A stretch of 48,456 nucleotides of DNA, from NCBI RefSeq assembly GCF_001194135.2, contig NC_068986.1, positions 26,755,829-26,804,284 of the forward strand, in the 5' to 3' direction. A program made the position numbers and the translations under genes. Below are positions 35,113 through 45,839 of this stretch, in pieces. The DNA is from Octopus bimaculoides (taxonomy: Eukaryota). The notes beneath the pieces were generated by a model, which was not told where the DNA came from, did no database searches, and saw only the letters and a program-made list of their open reading frames with translations. Within the stretch, counting starts at the first letter, position 1, and every line of letters starts with the position of its first letter.

Positions 35113-37772
35113 ATCATCATCAACATCATTGCTTAACGTCTGCTTTCCATGCTGACATGGGTTGGATGGTTTGACTGAGGACTGGCAAGCCAGGAGGCTG
35201 CACCAGGCTCCAACCTGATTTGGCAAGGTTTCTACAGCTGGATGCCCTCCCTAATGCCAACTGCTCTAAGAGTGTAGTGGGTGCTTTTTACATGTCACTG
35301 GCATGGGAGCCAGCCAGGTGGCACTGGCATCAACCATGCTTGAATGGTGCTTTTTACGTGACACAAGCATGAGAGCTAGTCAGGTGGCACTGGCATCAGC
35401 CACACTCAAATGGTGCTTTTTATGTGCCACTTGCACAAGTGACAGTCAGGCAGCACCAGCATTGCTCACGACTACAATTTCACTTGATTCAACAGTTCTT
35501 CTCAAGCACAGCATATTGCCTGACAATTCAAGGGTACTTTGAAACAGGTCGGTTATGCATCAGCCACGGCTATGATCTCACTTGGCTTGCCGGGTTTTAA
35601 GCACAGCATATCTCCAAAGGTCTCAGTCACTTGTCATTGTCTCTGTGAGATCCAACATTCGATGGTTGTGCTTCACCACCTCATCCCATGTTTTCCTGGG
35701 TCTACCTCTTCCACAGGTTCCCTCCACTGTTAGGGTGTGACACTTCTTCACACAGCTGTCCTCATCCATATGCAACACATGACCATCCATCGCAGTTGTC
35801 TCTCTTGCACACCACATCTGATGTTTCTTATGTCCAACTTTTCTCTCGGAGCACTTACACTTTGTTGTGTATGCACATTGACATTACACACCCAGTGGAG
35901 TATACTAGCTTCATTTCTTTCAAGCCTATGCATGTCCTCAGCAGTCACAGCTCATGTTTCACTGCCGTGTAGCATGGCAGTTTGCACACATGCATCATAC
36001 AGTCTAACTTTCACTCTGAGTGAGAGGCCCTTTGTTACCAGCAGAGGTAGGAGCTCTCTGAACTTTGCTCAGGTTATTCTTATTGTAGCAGCTATGCTCT
36101 CAGAGCATCTACCTCTGCCACTGACTTGGTCACCTAGGTAATGGAAACCATCAACTACTTCTAGTTTTTCCCCCTAGCATGTGATGGAATCTGTTTTCTG
36201 TACATCTTCAGTATTTATTGCCCCTGTAACATCTATTACACACAAAAGCTATCTTCCCAGTTAACCTTCCTTTGATACTGCTGCACCTCTTATGTGTCCA
36301 TAGCTTTCACCTGGTACATCTTATAGAATTTTTAAATACGCCTTTTTTACCTGAAGGGATTGTGAAAGGCCATCTACCTGAAGAGATATGTGATGTGTTT
36401 GCCTTCCTACTTACTAAGACTTTGGTTTTTGCTAGATTGACTCTATGGCCCTTCAATTCTAGACCTTGCTTCCATACCTGAAACTTCTACTATAGTTCTG
36501 GAAGTGACTCAGCTACTAGAGCAATGTCATCAGCATAGAGAAGCTCCCAGGGGCAGCCTGTCTTGAATTCCTCTGTTATTGCCTGGAGGACTATGATGAA
36601 TAAGAGGGAGCTGAGGACTCCTATGATATCACAATTCTCTCTCATACACTATCTTGCAATATGAAACACTTCAAGTCTCTGGTCCTCATGATGCAGAACA
36701 TTGGTAAATTTTTTCTTATCTGCTTCCCCACTGGCTAAGTAAACCTGTCTCCTAGCCTCCCTTCTGATGATCTGATACAGTTTTCTGCTATCACCACACT
36801 TTCAGGCCTTCCATGCCTGTTTCTTTTCCCTAATGGCCCTGTCAACTACATTGTTCCACCACCACGTTACCTTAGGTCAAGAAGGGGCTCTGCATCAGCC
36901 ACAGATCTGGTCAGTAGCCCTCAACAAGTTGTCCCATAGGAACCTCCAGTTGTTCTCCACATTACATGATGCTATATCCTCCTCTTTTTCATCAAAAGCT
37001 TCAAGTAATATTTCTCTAAATCTCTGTCCATTCAGAAGATTCTTATGCTTCCAGATCATTCTTTTCTATGCTGGTCATCTTCTGGGCAACCATTTAGCCC
37101 AGATCCTGAAGTTGCTATTAACCTATGTTGTGGGATGCATTCTTCACCTTGGAAAGTTTTGGCATTTATGAGTAGCCATCTTTCCCGTTTCCTGGTAAGA
37201 ATGTAGTCAATTTGACTAGTGCGCCCACCAGACTAGTAGGTGAACAGGTGACTGGCAGGTTTCCTGAAGTTAGTATTACAGATCATAAGATCAACTGCAT
37301 CACAGAATTCCAGCAGCCTGGTTCCCTCCTCGTTGCATGAACCAAATCCTTTGCCACCATGTACATATGTACACCATGTACTCCATGGAAGCTCCTTGGA
37401 TGTTGTCCAACATGCCCGGTGAAGTCACCAGCCACAAAGAGAAGGTCCCTGTCATTTGTCAACAAAGTAGTTTGTCATATAATCGGTCTTTCTATTCATC
37501 AGGTAGCCCTGGCTGAGAGGTATAGGCTGAGATATTGTTTGCTAATCCATGTTCAAGCACTAGTCTAAGCTTAAGTATTCCATGGCAGATTCTGACAACC
37601 TCGATTACTTTATCAACCCATTTCTCTGCAAGGAGTATACCCACGCCCTCAACCCCATCAGTGTTTTCTTCCCAGAAAATCTTATAGCTATGTTCTTTGC
37701 CTGTGAGAAACTTAGCAGAACTTCCTCTCCACCTTACTTCTTGGGTGCAGCACAAATCTACACGTCTCCATT
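35113..37772 (-). mobile_element. RTE-clade LINE, decayed, 5'-truncated, internal RT deletion
   Basis: APE motifs (QEVRWRG, GVGILL, AGDF.GHVG), RT LYADDI (YADD at 36526-36537), C-terminal GRGRPRKTW, then 3' UTR ending in (gat)n. Multiple stops and frameshifts. Confidence 0.9.
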
Positions 37773-37854
37773 CAATATGAATTAGAAACAGCTCAAGGTA
37801 TATAAACAAAATCAAACACACATACACAAAGTGTGTGTTAAAAACACTTCAACT

Positions 37855-37983
37855 GATACTTATTTTATCAACCTTGGAAGGCAAAGTCGACCTTGGTGGA
37901 ATTTGAACTTAGAACTAAAGCTGGAAGAAAGGCTGCCAAGCATCTGGTCTGGCATGCTAACAACTCTACCAGCTTGCCACCTT
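37855..37983 (-). mobile_element. SINE family B head
   Basis: aggcaaagtcgaccttggtggaatttgaactta ... gctaacaactctaccagcttgccacc. Confidence 0.75.
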
Positions 37984-38039
37984 ATTATTATTATTAATAT
38001 TAATAATAATAATAAGAAGAAGAAGAAGAAGAAGAAAAA

Positions 38040-38427
38040 GAAAAAAAATGCTTTCTAATTGATGTATCAATACCAGCAGATGACAACGTTTCTCTAAAAG
38101 AAATGGAAAAACTTTCAAAATACAAAGACCTGGAAATAGAGATAACTCGAATGTGGAATCGAAAAACAGAAACAATTCCTATCATAGTAGGTGCCTTAGG
38201 TATAATAAAAAAATATTCAGACAAATACATAACAAAAATACCAGGACTTACAAATATATATAACATACAGAAAATTGCACTACTGGGTACTGCACACATT
38301 CTACGCAAAACACTTTCAATACAGTAAACATAAGAGCACCACAGCAAACCACAGCACATGCCCAAGGCGCACAGAGCTGCGCTCGGTAGTGAAGTGAAAG
38401 CACGTTATAAAAATAAAACTACTGAAC

Positions 38428-38466
<39 letters not shown>

Positions 38467-38470
38467 TAAT
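38040..38470 (+). mobile_element. R4/Dong-like RLE non-LTR retrotransposon, 3' fragment
   Basis: KCFLIDVSIPADDNVSLKEMEKLSKYKDLEIEITRMW...PIIVGALG...QKIALLGTAHILRKTL* (stop 38325-38327), 3' UTR, then (TAA)n tail. Confidence 0.85.
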
Positions 38471-38841
38471 AAGTTAAGTTAATGAATATCTCCATGTTGT
38501 CTAGATTTTTATACTATGCTCTGTCAGACATAACTTCTAAAACAATTAGCAATGTGTATTTCATTTCATACAAATAAGGACTCTACACTTTTAAATATAA
38601 CTCAATAAAGCATTGTTATATTATTTTGCTTTACAATGTTATGTATCATTTATCAAGTAAGCTTCAGTGGTGTTTAAGAGCAGGATTTAGGTTAATGTAT
38701 CACTTAACGTTTTACTGTCAGATAAAAAGTTTCCTAATATTTTCAAACCTTGTTTGTTATGCTGTCTCAGATTACTTTCAGTTTATTGATAGCTTGTCAT
38801 CAGTTTCATTCAAATCAAACTTCTCATAGCTCTGTCTAGAT

Positions 38842-39181
38842 CAGAGGTTCTCAACCATCTTTTTTTTTTTTTTATCTATGGACCCCTTTGATTACTATTT
38901 TATTCTGGTGGACACCCATAGCTATTCAATGTATAAAAACTAATTTTATAGATACTTCTTTCAAAATTCTTATTTTGTTTTTCACACATTAACTTATGTA
39001 GGTTGAACTGCATAAAATGTTAGAGAAAGGAACATAGCTGTTTCTTGCAATATACACCAATAGATACATTTAAAGCAGAATTTTTTCAGAGGTCCTTAAA
39101 ATACTATTATGGATCCCTGATTTATAATTTTGTTGCTTGGGCCTCCAAAAATCTTATATGGACCCCAGTTGAGGATCACTG
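38842..39181. mobile_element. hAT (Charlie-like) MITE
   Basis: cagaggttctcaacc ... gttgaggatcactg; flanks gtctagat / atctagac fit the NTCTAGAN target. Confidence 0.8.
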
Positions 39182-39752
39182 ATCTAGACTATGGTGTTGT
39201 TTTTAGCCAAAGTTCCATGTGCTAAGCAACCTTCGCAGGCAGCAAACACTTTCTGATGTTTATTTCAACCAATCATATCTTGTAATGGTTGTGGTAAATT
39301 GTTGGTTAACTTCAAAGACCTGCCTTTATTTTCACACAAAAATGCAAACAGAACATTCAGGAACATCCAACATATCTTTGATAAATAAGTTTCAATTTGG
39401 ATTTCTATACAGAGTTGTCTTAATGTTTCTGAAGCTCTACCTCACCAAAGGTGATAAAGGATATATTCTATATTCTTAGCTCTCTCTCATATTCACATTT
39501 ACTATCATGCTAATTCTCCTTTTCACATGTACATCATAGGAAACAGCAAAACTGATATATATTTAGCAAACACACAATTCTTATATATAGCTCTTTTACA
39601 CATAAGCACTTAAAACAGATGACAGAGATACACCTGTATTAAATATGCTCATCTTTATATTCATTCATAACAAACATATCTCTAATGCATTTTAACAGCT
39701 TTCAAATATATAAATCTAATTATTATTTAAGAAATATAGTATATATTTTTTA

Positions 39753-40061
39753 TGAGCTACTAATAGTTTCATGCAATGAAAAACAACTCAGACAGCATTT
39801 TATATGTCTGGTGCCTCTATGCAATCCTCAGGCTCTGCCCACATGGCATAACAAGCTAAAATATGACAATAGGATGGAGAGAAAATATGATAAAACAACA
39901 TCTACTTCCTTCTTGCTTTTTATCATATTTTCTCACAACCTATCATCCTGTTTTAGCTAGTTATGCCATGTGGGTAGAGCCTGAGGATTGTGTAAAGGCA
40001 CCAGATGTTATATAAAATGCTGTCTGAGTTGTTTTCATTGCATGAAACTATTAGTAGCTCA
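39753..40061. mobile_element. Palindromic (foldback) MITE, about 309 bp
   Basis: Arms tgagctactaatagtttcatgcaatgaaa...atatgataaaa and its reverse complement around a roughly 22-nt centre; TA on both sides. Confidence 0.8.
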
Positions 40062-40149
40062 TAAAAGTATACATACTGTGTCTATCAAATAATATCTATC
40101 TCTCACCAGATGGAGTACTTTTTTTGTTGTCTTGCCATCATGGAACAGT

Positions 40150-40387
40150 ACGCTGTAAAGGCATCCAGCTGTAAAAATCTTGCCAAAACTGACCTCGCCT
40201 GTGCTGGTGCCATGTAAAAAGCACTCGGTCCACTCTGAGTGGTTGGTGTTAGGAAGGACATGCAACCATAAGAACCTGCTAAAACAGACACAGTAGCCTG
40301 AGATAGTTTTCTACCTGTCTAGCTCCTGTCAAACCATCCAACCCATGCCTGCATGGAAGGTGGACATTAAACAATGATGATAATGAT
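40150..40387 (+). mobile_element. RTE 3' tail copy
   Basis: ...ctgtcaaaccatccaacccatgcctgcatggaaggtggacattaaacaatgatgataatgat. Confidence 0.75.
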
Positions 40388-40850
40388 AATATATATTTTT
40401 TATTTAACAAGCTCACACGCAACATTCCCTTCTATATTGCATTTGGTGACTTGGCGTACTTTTTTATGACTTGCCTTAGATTTCTCCCCAATATTTGATC
40501 CATGTTATTAGTTCAAACTGTGTTGCTGCTGTTATAGTGTGACTTTTTAAATTCATGTCTGATATCCTTTCTTCTCTGACTAAACCATAAAAATGTAGTC
40601 AGGGGAGAAAGAACAACAATGTTGAACTTTGCAGAGCTTCAGAGACTGGCATAAATGAAAGAAACAGTAAAAATAGCTCGTGGATTACTATCCAGATATC
40701 TATTTAGCCTAAAGCTGAAGTGCTTGCAGTAGTGGGGGTTCTGCTAAAGACACTCAAGGGCACTGACATAGTTAATAGGGGAGCAAGGGGAGTGACCACT
40801 CCCACCGAACACATATTTCAAAATTTGTGTCTTTTTAACAATTTGTTAAA

Positions 40851-41017
40851 ACTCAGCATTTTATAGCACATCTGGTGCCTTTACACAATCCTCAGGCTCT
40901 GCCCACATGGCATAACTAGCTAAAACAGGATGATAGGTTGTGAGAAAATACGACAAAAGGCAAGAAGGAAATAGATGTTGTTTTATCATATTTTCTCCTT
41001 CCTATCTCCTATTTTAT
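40851..41017. mobile_element. Partial inverted copy of the 39753-40061 MITE
   Basis: catctggtgcctttacacaatcctcaggc...gcaagaaggaaatagatgttg is the reverse complement of about 39865-40020. Confidence 0.8.
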
Positions 41018-41989
41018 ACATAATGACATTGTTACTGAAACATGAAATTAATGAAAGTAAAATACAATTACATACACTGTAACTAATGAAATATTTCACA
41101 TAAAATAAAAGAAATAATTTTATATTTTTGGTATGTGTCATCGTGCTTTTTTTTATGTGCTTATTCCTGCTAACTTTGGAATCTGGATACGCCTCTGTTC
41201 AAGGACAAGGTGGTTGTGTGAAACTGGGTAAAGATGCATAGATGACAACTTGTTTAACTCTTTCACTGTGAAATTAAAATTCATGCTTATTCCAGTGATG
41301 ATGTTAAATACCTACCACTTGGCATTTTCTAAAGCCATGTTGCTCAGTAAATTTGACATATCACAACAGAAAATATTTTCAAACACAGTATTCCTCAACA
41401 AAAGATAGAATGGTGTATAAAACTACTTTGCCTCAGTTTACTGAAATAATGGCATTTCTCTCACCAACTTCATTGCTGAATTGTTTATAGTAAAAATGGC
41501 ACGTGCCTGCAAAATTTTTTTGTTCAATTTATTAAACAAACCATATTTGACGGCATATAAGATGCACAAATGAATTAGATACACCATAATATCATCAGCA
41601 GAAACTCAAGAAAATATGCTTAAAATGTTTTTAGTGTATTGAAGCATGTAATATAGGTTCAACTTTGCATATGAGATTCAGGATGATATTCAAAACATTT
41701 GTTTGGAAAATCGGATGAATGAATAATAATAAAAAAAAAACAGATTTTACAAAGAAAATATTTTAATTTTATCCCACAGTCTCATTCGTTTGTAAATCAT
41801 CCTTTTTATGTTATTACATACTTAGTGACAGGCACTTAACTTTTAAAGCACCAGGTGAATTATTTTGAGGAAATAATAACAGCATGAATGCAGCCAACTC
41901 TGTGGAATCAGTAAAAAACTGATGAAGATAACCATGCTAATAGGTTGCTAGGTTACCAGTCAAAGCCTTAGTGTTCATATCTTCAGTGC

Positions 41990-42690
41990 TGCTTCCATTA
42001 TCATGGCTCTTAACTTTCATTGGCACAGCACATCAACCTGTAAAAGGATAAACAGCAGCAGTCTTAGGAAGTTGAGAAGTGTTTTACTTGCTTTTCAATT
42101 CTCCTAAATGGTAATTTTTGAAGAGAAACAAGTTTGGATTCTTCCAGTCTAAACTGTCTGAATATGATTAGCCTATGCTTGTGAGCCTGAGGCTGAATGA
42201 CTTTATGCCAGTCATTCAGGTGGCTCTTTTCTGGAAGCTGTGTAAAGTGTCTGTATGTGCAACAACCAGATGAATCCAAGACACCAATATTCAATTGTGA
42301 TCCTCATCTGAATTTTGTAGAGTATCAATAACTGTTGGAAGATTAAGTATCTTCTGATCCTGACAAGAAGGGCCAGCCATTTGGATGCATCCAGTCCTAA
42401 CTATGTTCAGGATTTTCTTTTTACTAAGAGAGAACCTTAGATCCAATTGTGAGATCCAACAATTGGAGTTACAGTGTAGGTTCTAGCTGAGTGTGGCCCA
42501 TGCTTAAATGAGGTTTGGGTGTGATGATATTTTCTTGATATGAGTAACATTTGTGTTTTGTTGCTTTTGAAAGAGATAAGATCAGTATATCTCCATTTGA
42601 GGATACTTTTGAGTGACTGTTCATGCTGGGGCACTGCCTTGAAGCGTTTTTAGTTGAACAAATCAACCCCATGTCGCCTGCTCATCCAGG
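41990..42690 (-). mobile_element. Decayed CR1/L2-group LINE 3' fragment
   Basis: Reverse strand: SLKSILKW...ISFKSNKTQMLLISRK and LYKIQMRITIEYW (like LYKA.IRP.LEY). Confidence 0.6.
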
Positions 42691-42734
42691 ACTTAATATT
42701 TTTTTTAAAGTATGGTTCTTATTCTACTGGTCTT

Positions 42735-43021
42735 TGTTGATAAACCGCTGTTACGGAGATGTAAACATACCAACACCAGTTGTCAAGTGGTGGTAGGGGG
42801 ACAAACATAGACACATATAGATTCATTCATACATGTATACATACATATATGTGTGTGTATCAACGATGGGTTTCTTTCAGTTTCCATCCACCAGATCCAC
42901 TCACAAGGCTTTGGTCAGTCTGAGGCTATAGTAGAAGACACTTGCCCAAGGTGCCACGCAGTGGGGTTAAACTCAGGACCATGTGGTTGGGAAGCAAGCT
43001 TCTTACCACACAGTCACGCCT
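42735..43021 (-). mobile_element. tRNA-derived SINE
   Basis: Reverse strand ggcgtgactgtgtggtaagaag ... gagtttaacccc ... gggcaagtgtcttctactatagcc. Confidence 0.75.
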
Positions 43022-43311
43022 TTAAAAAAAAAACTTCTTCAGGAAAGGGAGGAGATCGGTGTCCTTGACCCCCATTTCAGTGCTTTCTAAGCTAGTGGTA
43101 GGCCAGGAGGGAGTCAGGCGTTATCCTCAAACCCTAAATCTGGCCTAAATGCTAGCCACAGAGTGAATTCTGCTTAAAGACACCTAAGGACCAGGCGATG
43201 GTGTTAAAACAGGTAACGGATTAAGTCTACTACCCAAGAATTCAAAAGGCAAAAAACTGGAATAAATACTACAAACCATTTTGTCTGAGGCTCAAACAGT
43301 TCTACCAATCA

Positions 43312-43428
43312 GTGAAGGTGAAAGGCAAAATTCATCTCAGTGGGATTTAAACTTAGTACTCAATGAGCCAGAACAAACATGTGAGGCATTTCTCCTTATG
43401 CTCTTACAACTTTGCCAATTCACCGCCT
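43312..43428 (-). mobile_element. SINE family B head
   Basis: tgaaaggcaaaattcatctcagtgggatttaaact ... tttgccaattcaccgcc. Confidence 0.65.
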
Positions 43429-43435
43429 CATATTA

Positions 43436-44004
43436 CCTATCCCATCGTCTCACTGACCGCTGGGGTACCACTAATGATTTTGCAACCATATCCCTTCACC
43501 CATCTCTGTCTTCTGCCTCTCATTTTTAACCTGTCCACTCACAGATTGTTATTTTACCACCTTTTCTGTCTGCCATTTTTTACTGTTACCTGAAAGATTA
43601 TTTTGGCCATCCCTGATGAGCAGGTGACATGCCCAAACCACCTGAGCTTGTATTTCTTTACTGTGGTAAGAAGTTCCTTATAGGGCCCTATTGTTTGCTT
43701 TATTTTTCTTTTCACTTCTTCGTTTGTGATACAATATCTTGGGGTGTTAGTAAGTATCCAAGGTTCCAAGCCTGAAGTAATATCCTGCATTGCCAAAACA
43801 ACCGCAGCAATGACCAAATTCAGAAGACTGTGGAAAGACAGAAATATCTCACTGAGCTCCAAAATTAGGATGATGATCTCAATATTTCTGTACGTCTGTG
43901 AGACATGGACACTGACAGCAGAAAGAGAAAGAAGAATTCAAGCTACGGAGATGAATGTTTCAGGAGACTTTTGGGAATATCACACAGAAAACATGTTAAC
44001 CACT
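43436..44004. mobile_element. RTE LINE 3' fragment with inverted 5' segment
   Basis: Minus strand 43730-43436: ITNEEVKRKIKQTIGPYKELLTTVKKYKLRWFGHV... plus tail. Plus strand 43731-44004: QYLG...RLWKDRNISLSSKIR...FLYVCETWTL...IQATEM. Confidence 0.85.
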
Positions 44005-44296
44005 AATTTTTTTAATATATTGCTCCCCTTTCTAAATCCAAAATTAAAAATCAAACAAATAATTTGATAAATATCAGTGTAAAAACAATAAATTTATCAA
44101 ATTCAAACAATTGCGTTGCTGAAACAAAATTACGATAAGTTTATAGTGCAAGGGAATTAACTCTAGAGATTATTTTATTTAGGGGAGACAACCCTAAATT
44201 ACACGCTAATAAGGCCGATTAATAAATATCTTTTGTTTGTTACTTTCTTTTATGAAATCAGAAAACAATTTCAGATTACAATGAAAAAGAAAATTA

Positions 44297-44438
44297 GGCA
44301 CTATCATGCTATTAGCTGTCAGAAGTGAAAGTGCTCACTGCTAGTGAAGTATCTGTCTGTCTGTCTGCCTGTATGCCTGTCGATTCTTTGGCTACTGACA
44401 GCTAATACCATGACTGGCCGGAGCGAGCTATCTGTCTG

Positions 44439-44469
<31 letters not shown>

Positions 44470-44873
44470 ATTACTCGAAAGTTCGCGCGTCCGCGCTAGC
44501 TAGTCGTGAGTGGTCGATCCTATTATTTTAAAACTTCAAACTTCATTTGTTTTCTATTTTGATAAATTCTCTCTGTTGAAAATTATATTTTTATATTTTA
44601 AATAATTTGCAATTTCAGGAAATATGTTTTTATATTAAATTTGTATTTTCTACTCACGACTAGCTAGCGCGGACGCGCGAACTTTCGAGTAATAGATAGA
44701 TAGAGAGAGAGAGAGTCAGACAGACAGACAGACATATAGCTCGCTCCGGCCAGTCATGGTATTAGCTGTCAGTAGCCAAAGAATCGACAGGCCAGCAACA
44801 GACAGGCAGACAGGCAGATACTTCACTAGCAGTGAGCACTTTCACTTCTGACAGCTAATAGCATGACAGTGCC
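44297..44873. mobile_element. Foldback non-autonomous DNA transposon (Merlin- or MULE-like)
   Basis: TIR arms 44297-44511 and 44652-44873 starting GGCAC; 140-bp AT-rich spacer; exact 8-bp TSD gaaaatta (44289-44296, 44874-44881). Confidence 0.85.
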
Positions 44874-45088
44874 GAAAATTATTTTCGATTTATAGAATTG
44901 TATTTGAGTTAGCTTTTGAAATGGAAATGTGATCGTGATGTTATTGTTCTGCGTTTGGAAATACAAATTTGTCAATAATTTTGGCGCTCATTTGCATAAG
45001 GTTTTTTTTTTTACACCAGGAAAACACAAACTGCAAGAAGATAATAGATAAAATAAATAAATTCCGATATATTACTGTTTTATATTTT

Positions 45089-45167
45089 ATATAAAGACTA
45101 GAATCCTTTTAAACTTATGGAGTGGAATATAAAGACTAGAATCCTTTAAAACTTTATGGAGTGGAAT
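45089..45167. repeat. 38-39 bp tandem duplication
   Basis: atataaagactagaatccttttaaacttatggagtgga repeated with small indels. Confidence 0.9.
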
Positions 45168-45839
45168 CAGTAAATGTTTGCTAGTATAAATAAGTTCGTA
45201 TTCCGTTTAGGAGACGTGAGACGTTTCAGATAGGCGGTCATTCTTTTAGGGAAAACAATCACGCATTTAATACTGTTGAGTATGTTAAAGATTTGTGAGA
45301 TATTCAACTTTAAATTGTCATGTAGACATAGCTCAATGGAGATACGGAAAAGACGAGGCAGAGGTAAAGAATACGTACACCACTCGTTTTCGGCGTAACA
45401 AAAACCCTAACCCTAAACACCGGGTGTGCGTATTCTTTACTTTCGCCGAAGAACGAGGGTGTATAATTCACTGCAGCAGCAGTGCTGTGGATTGGAAATA
45501 TAATTCGGTGGCTTGTAGTACTGAATTACTCTAATTCTTCTCGTGAGAAAAGGTGTAACATTGCTAAAGACACTTGTCTGTCATCAACGTAACCAAAGGA
45601 ACCTGAAGACGCGCATTACTCCTATGTATTTTTCTGATTCATGACAGGATTAGCTTTAAAGATAAGTTAGTGACACAGGTGGGCATAGAAGCAATGTACT
45701 GAAACGCATGGGAATATTCTTTAATGAATTAATGCTATACGTTTAAATAACAGCGTTGCATATTTGTAGAACAACATTCTAAACAGAAGAAACGTTTCCT
45801 TTACAAACAACTATTTACATTGTTGCATTGACTTTCATT

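Noticed and set aside
45403-45416. Telomere or interstitial telomeric array
   Set aside because: Only two units; treated as part of the stem-loop finding.
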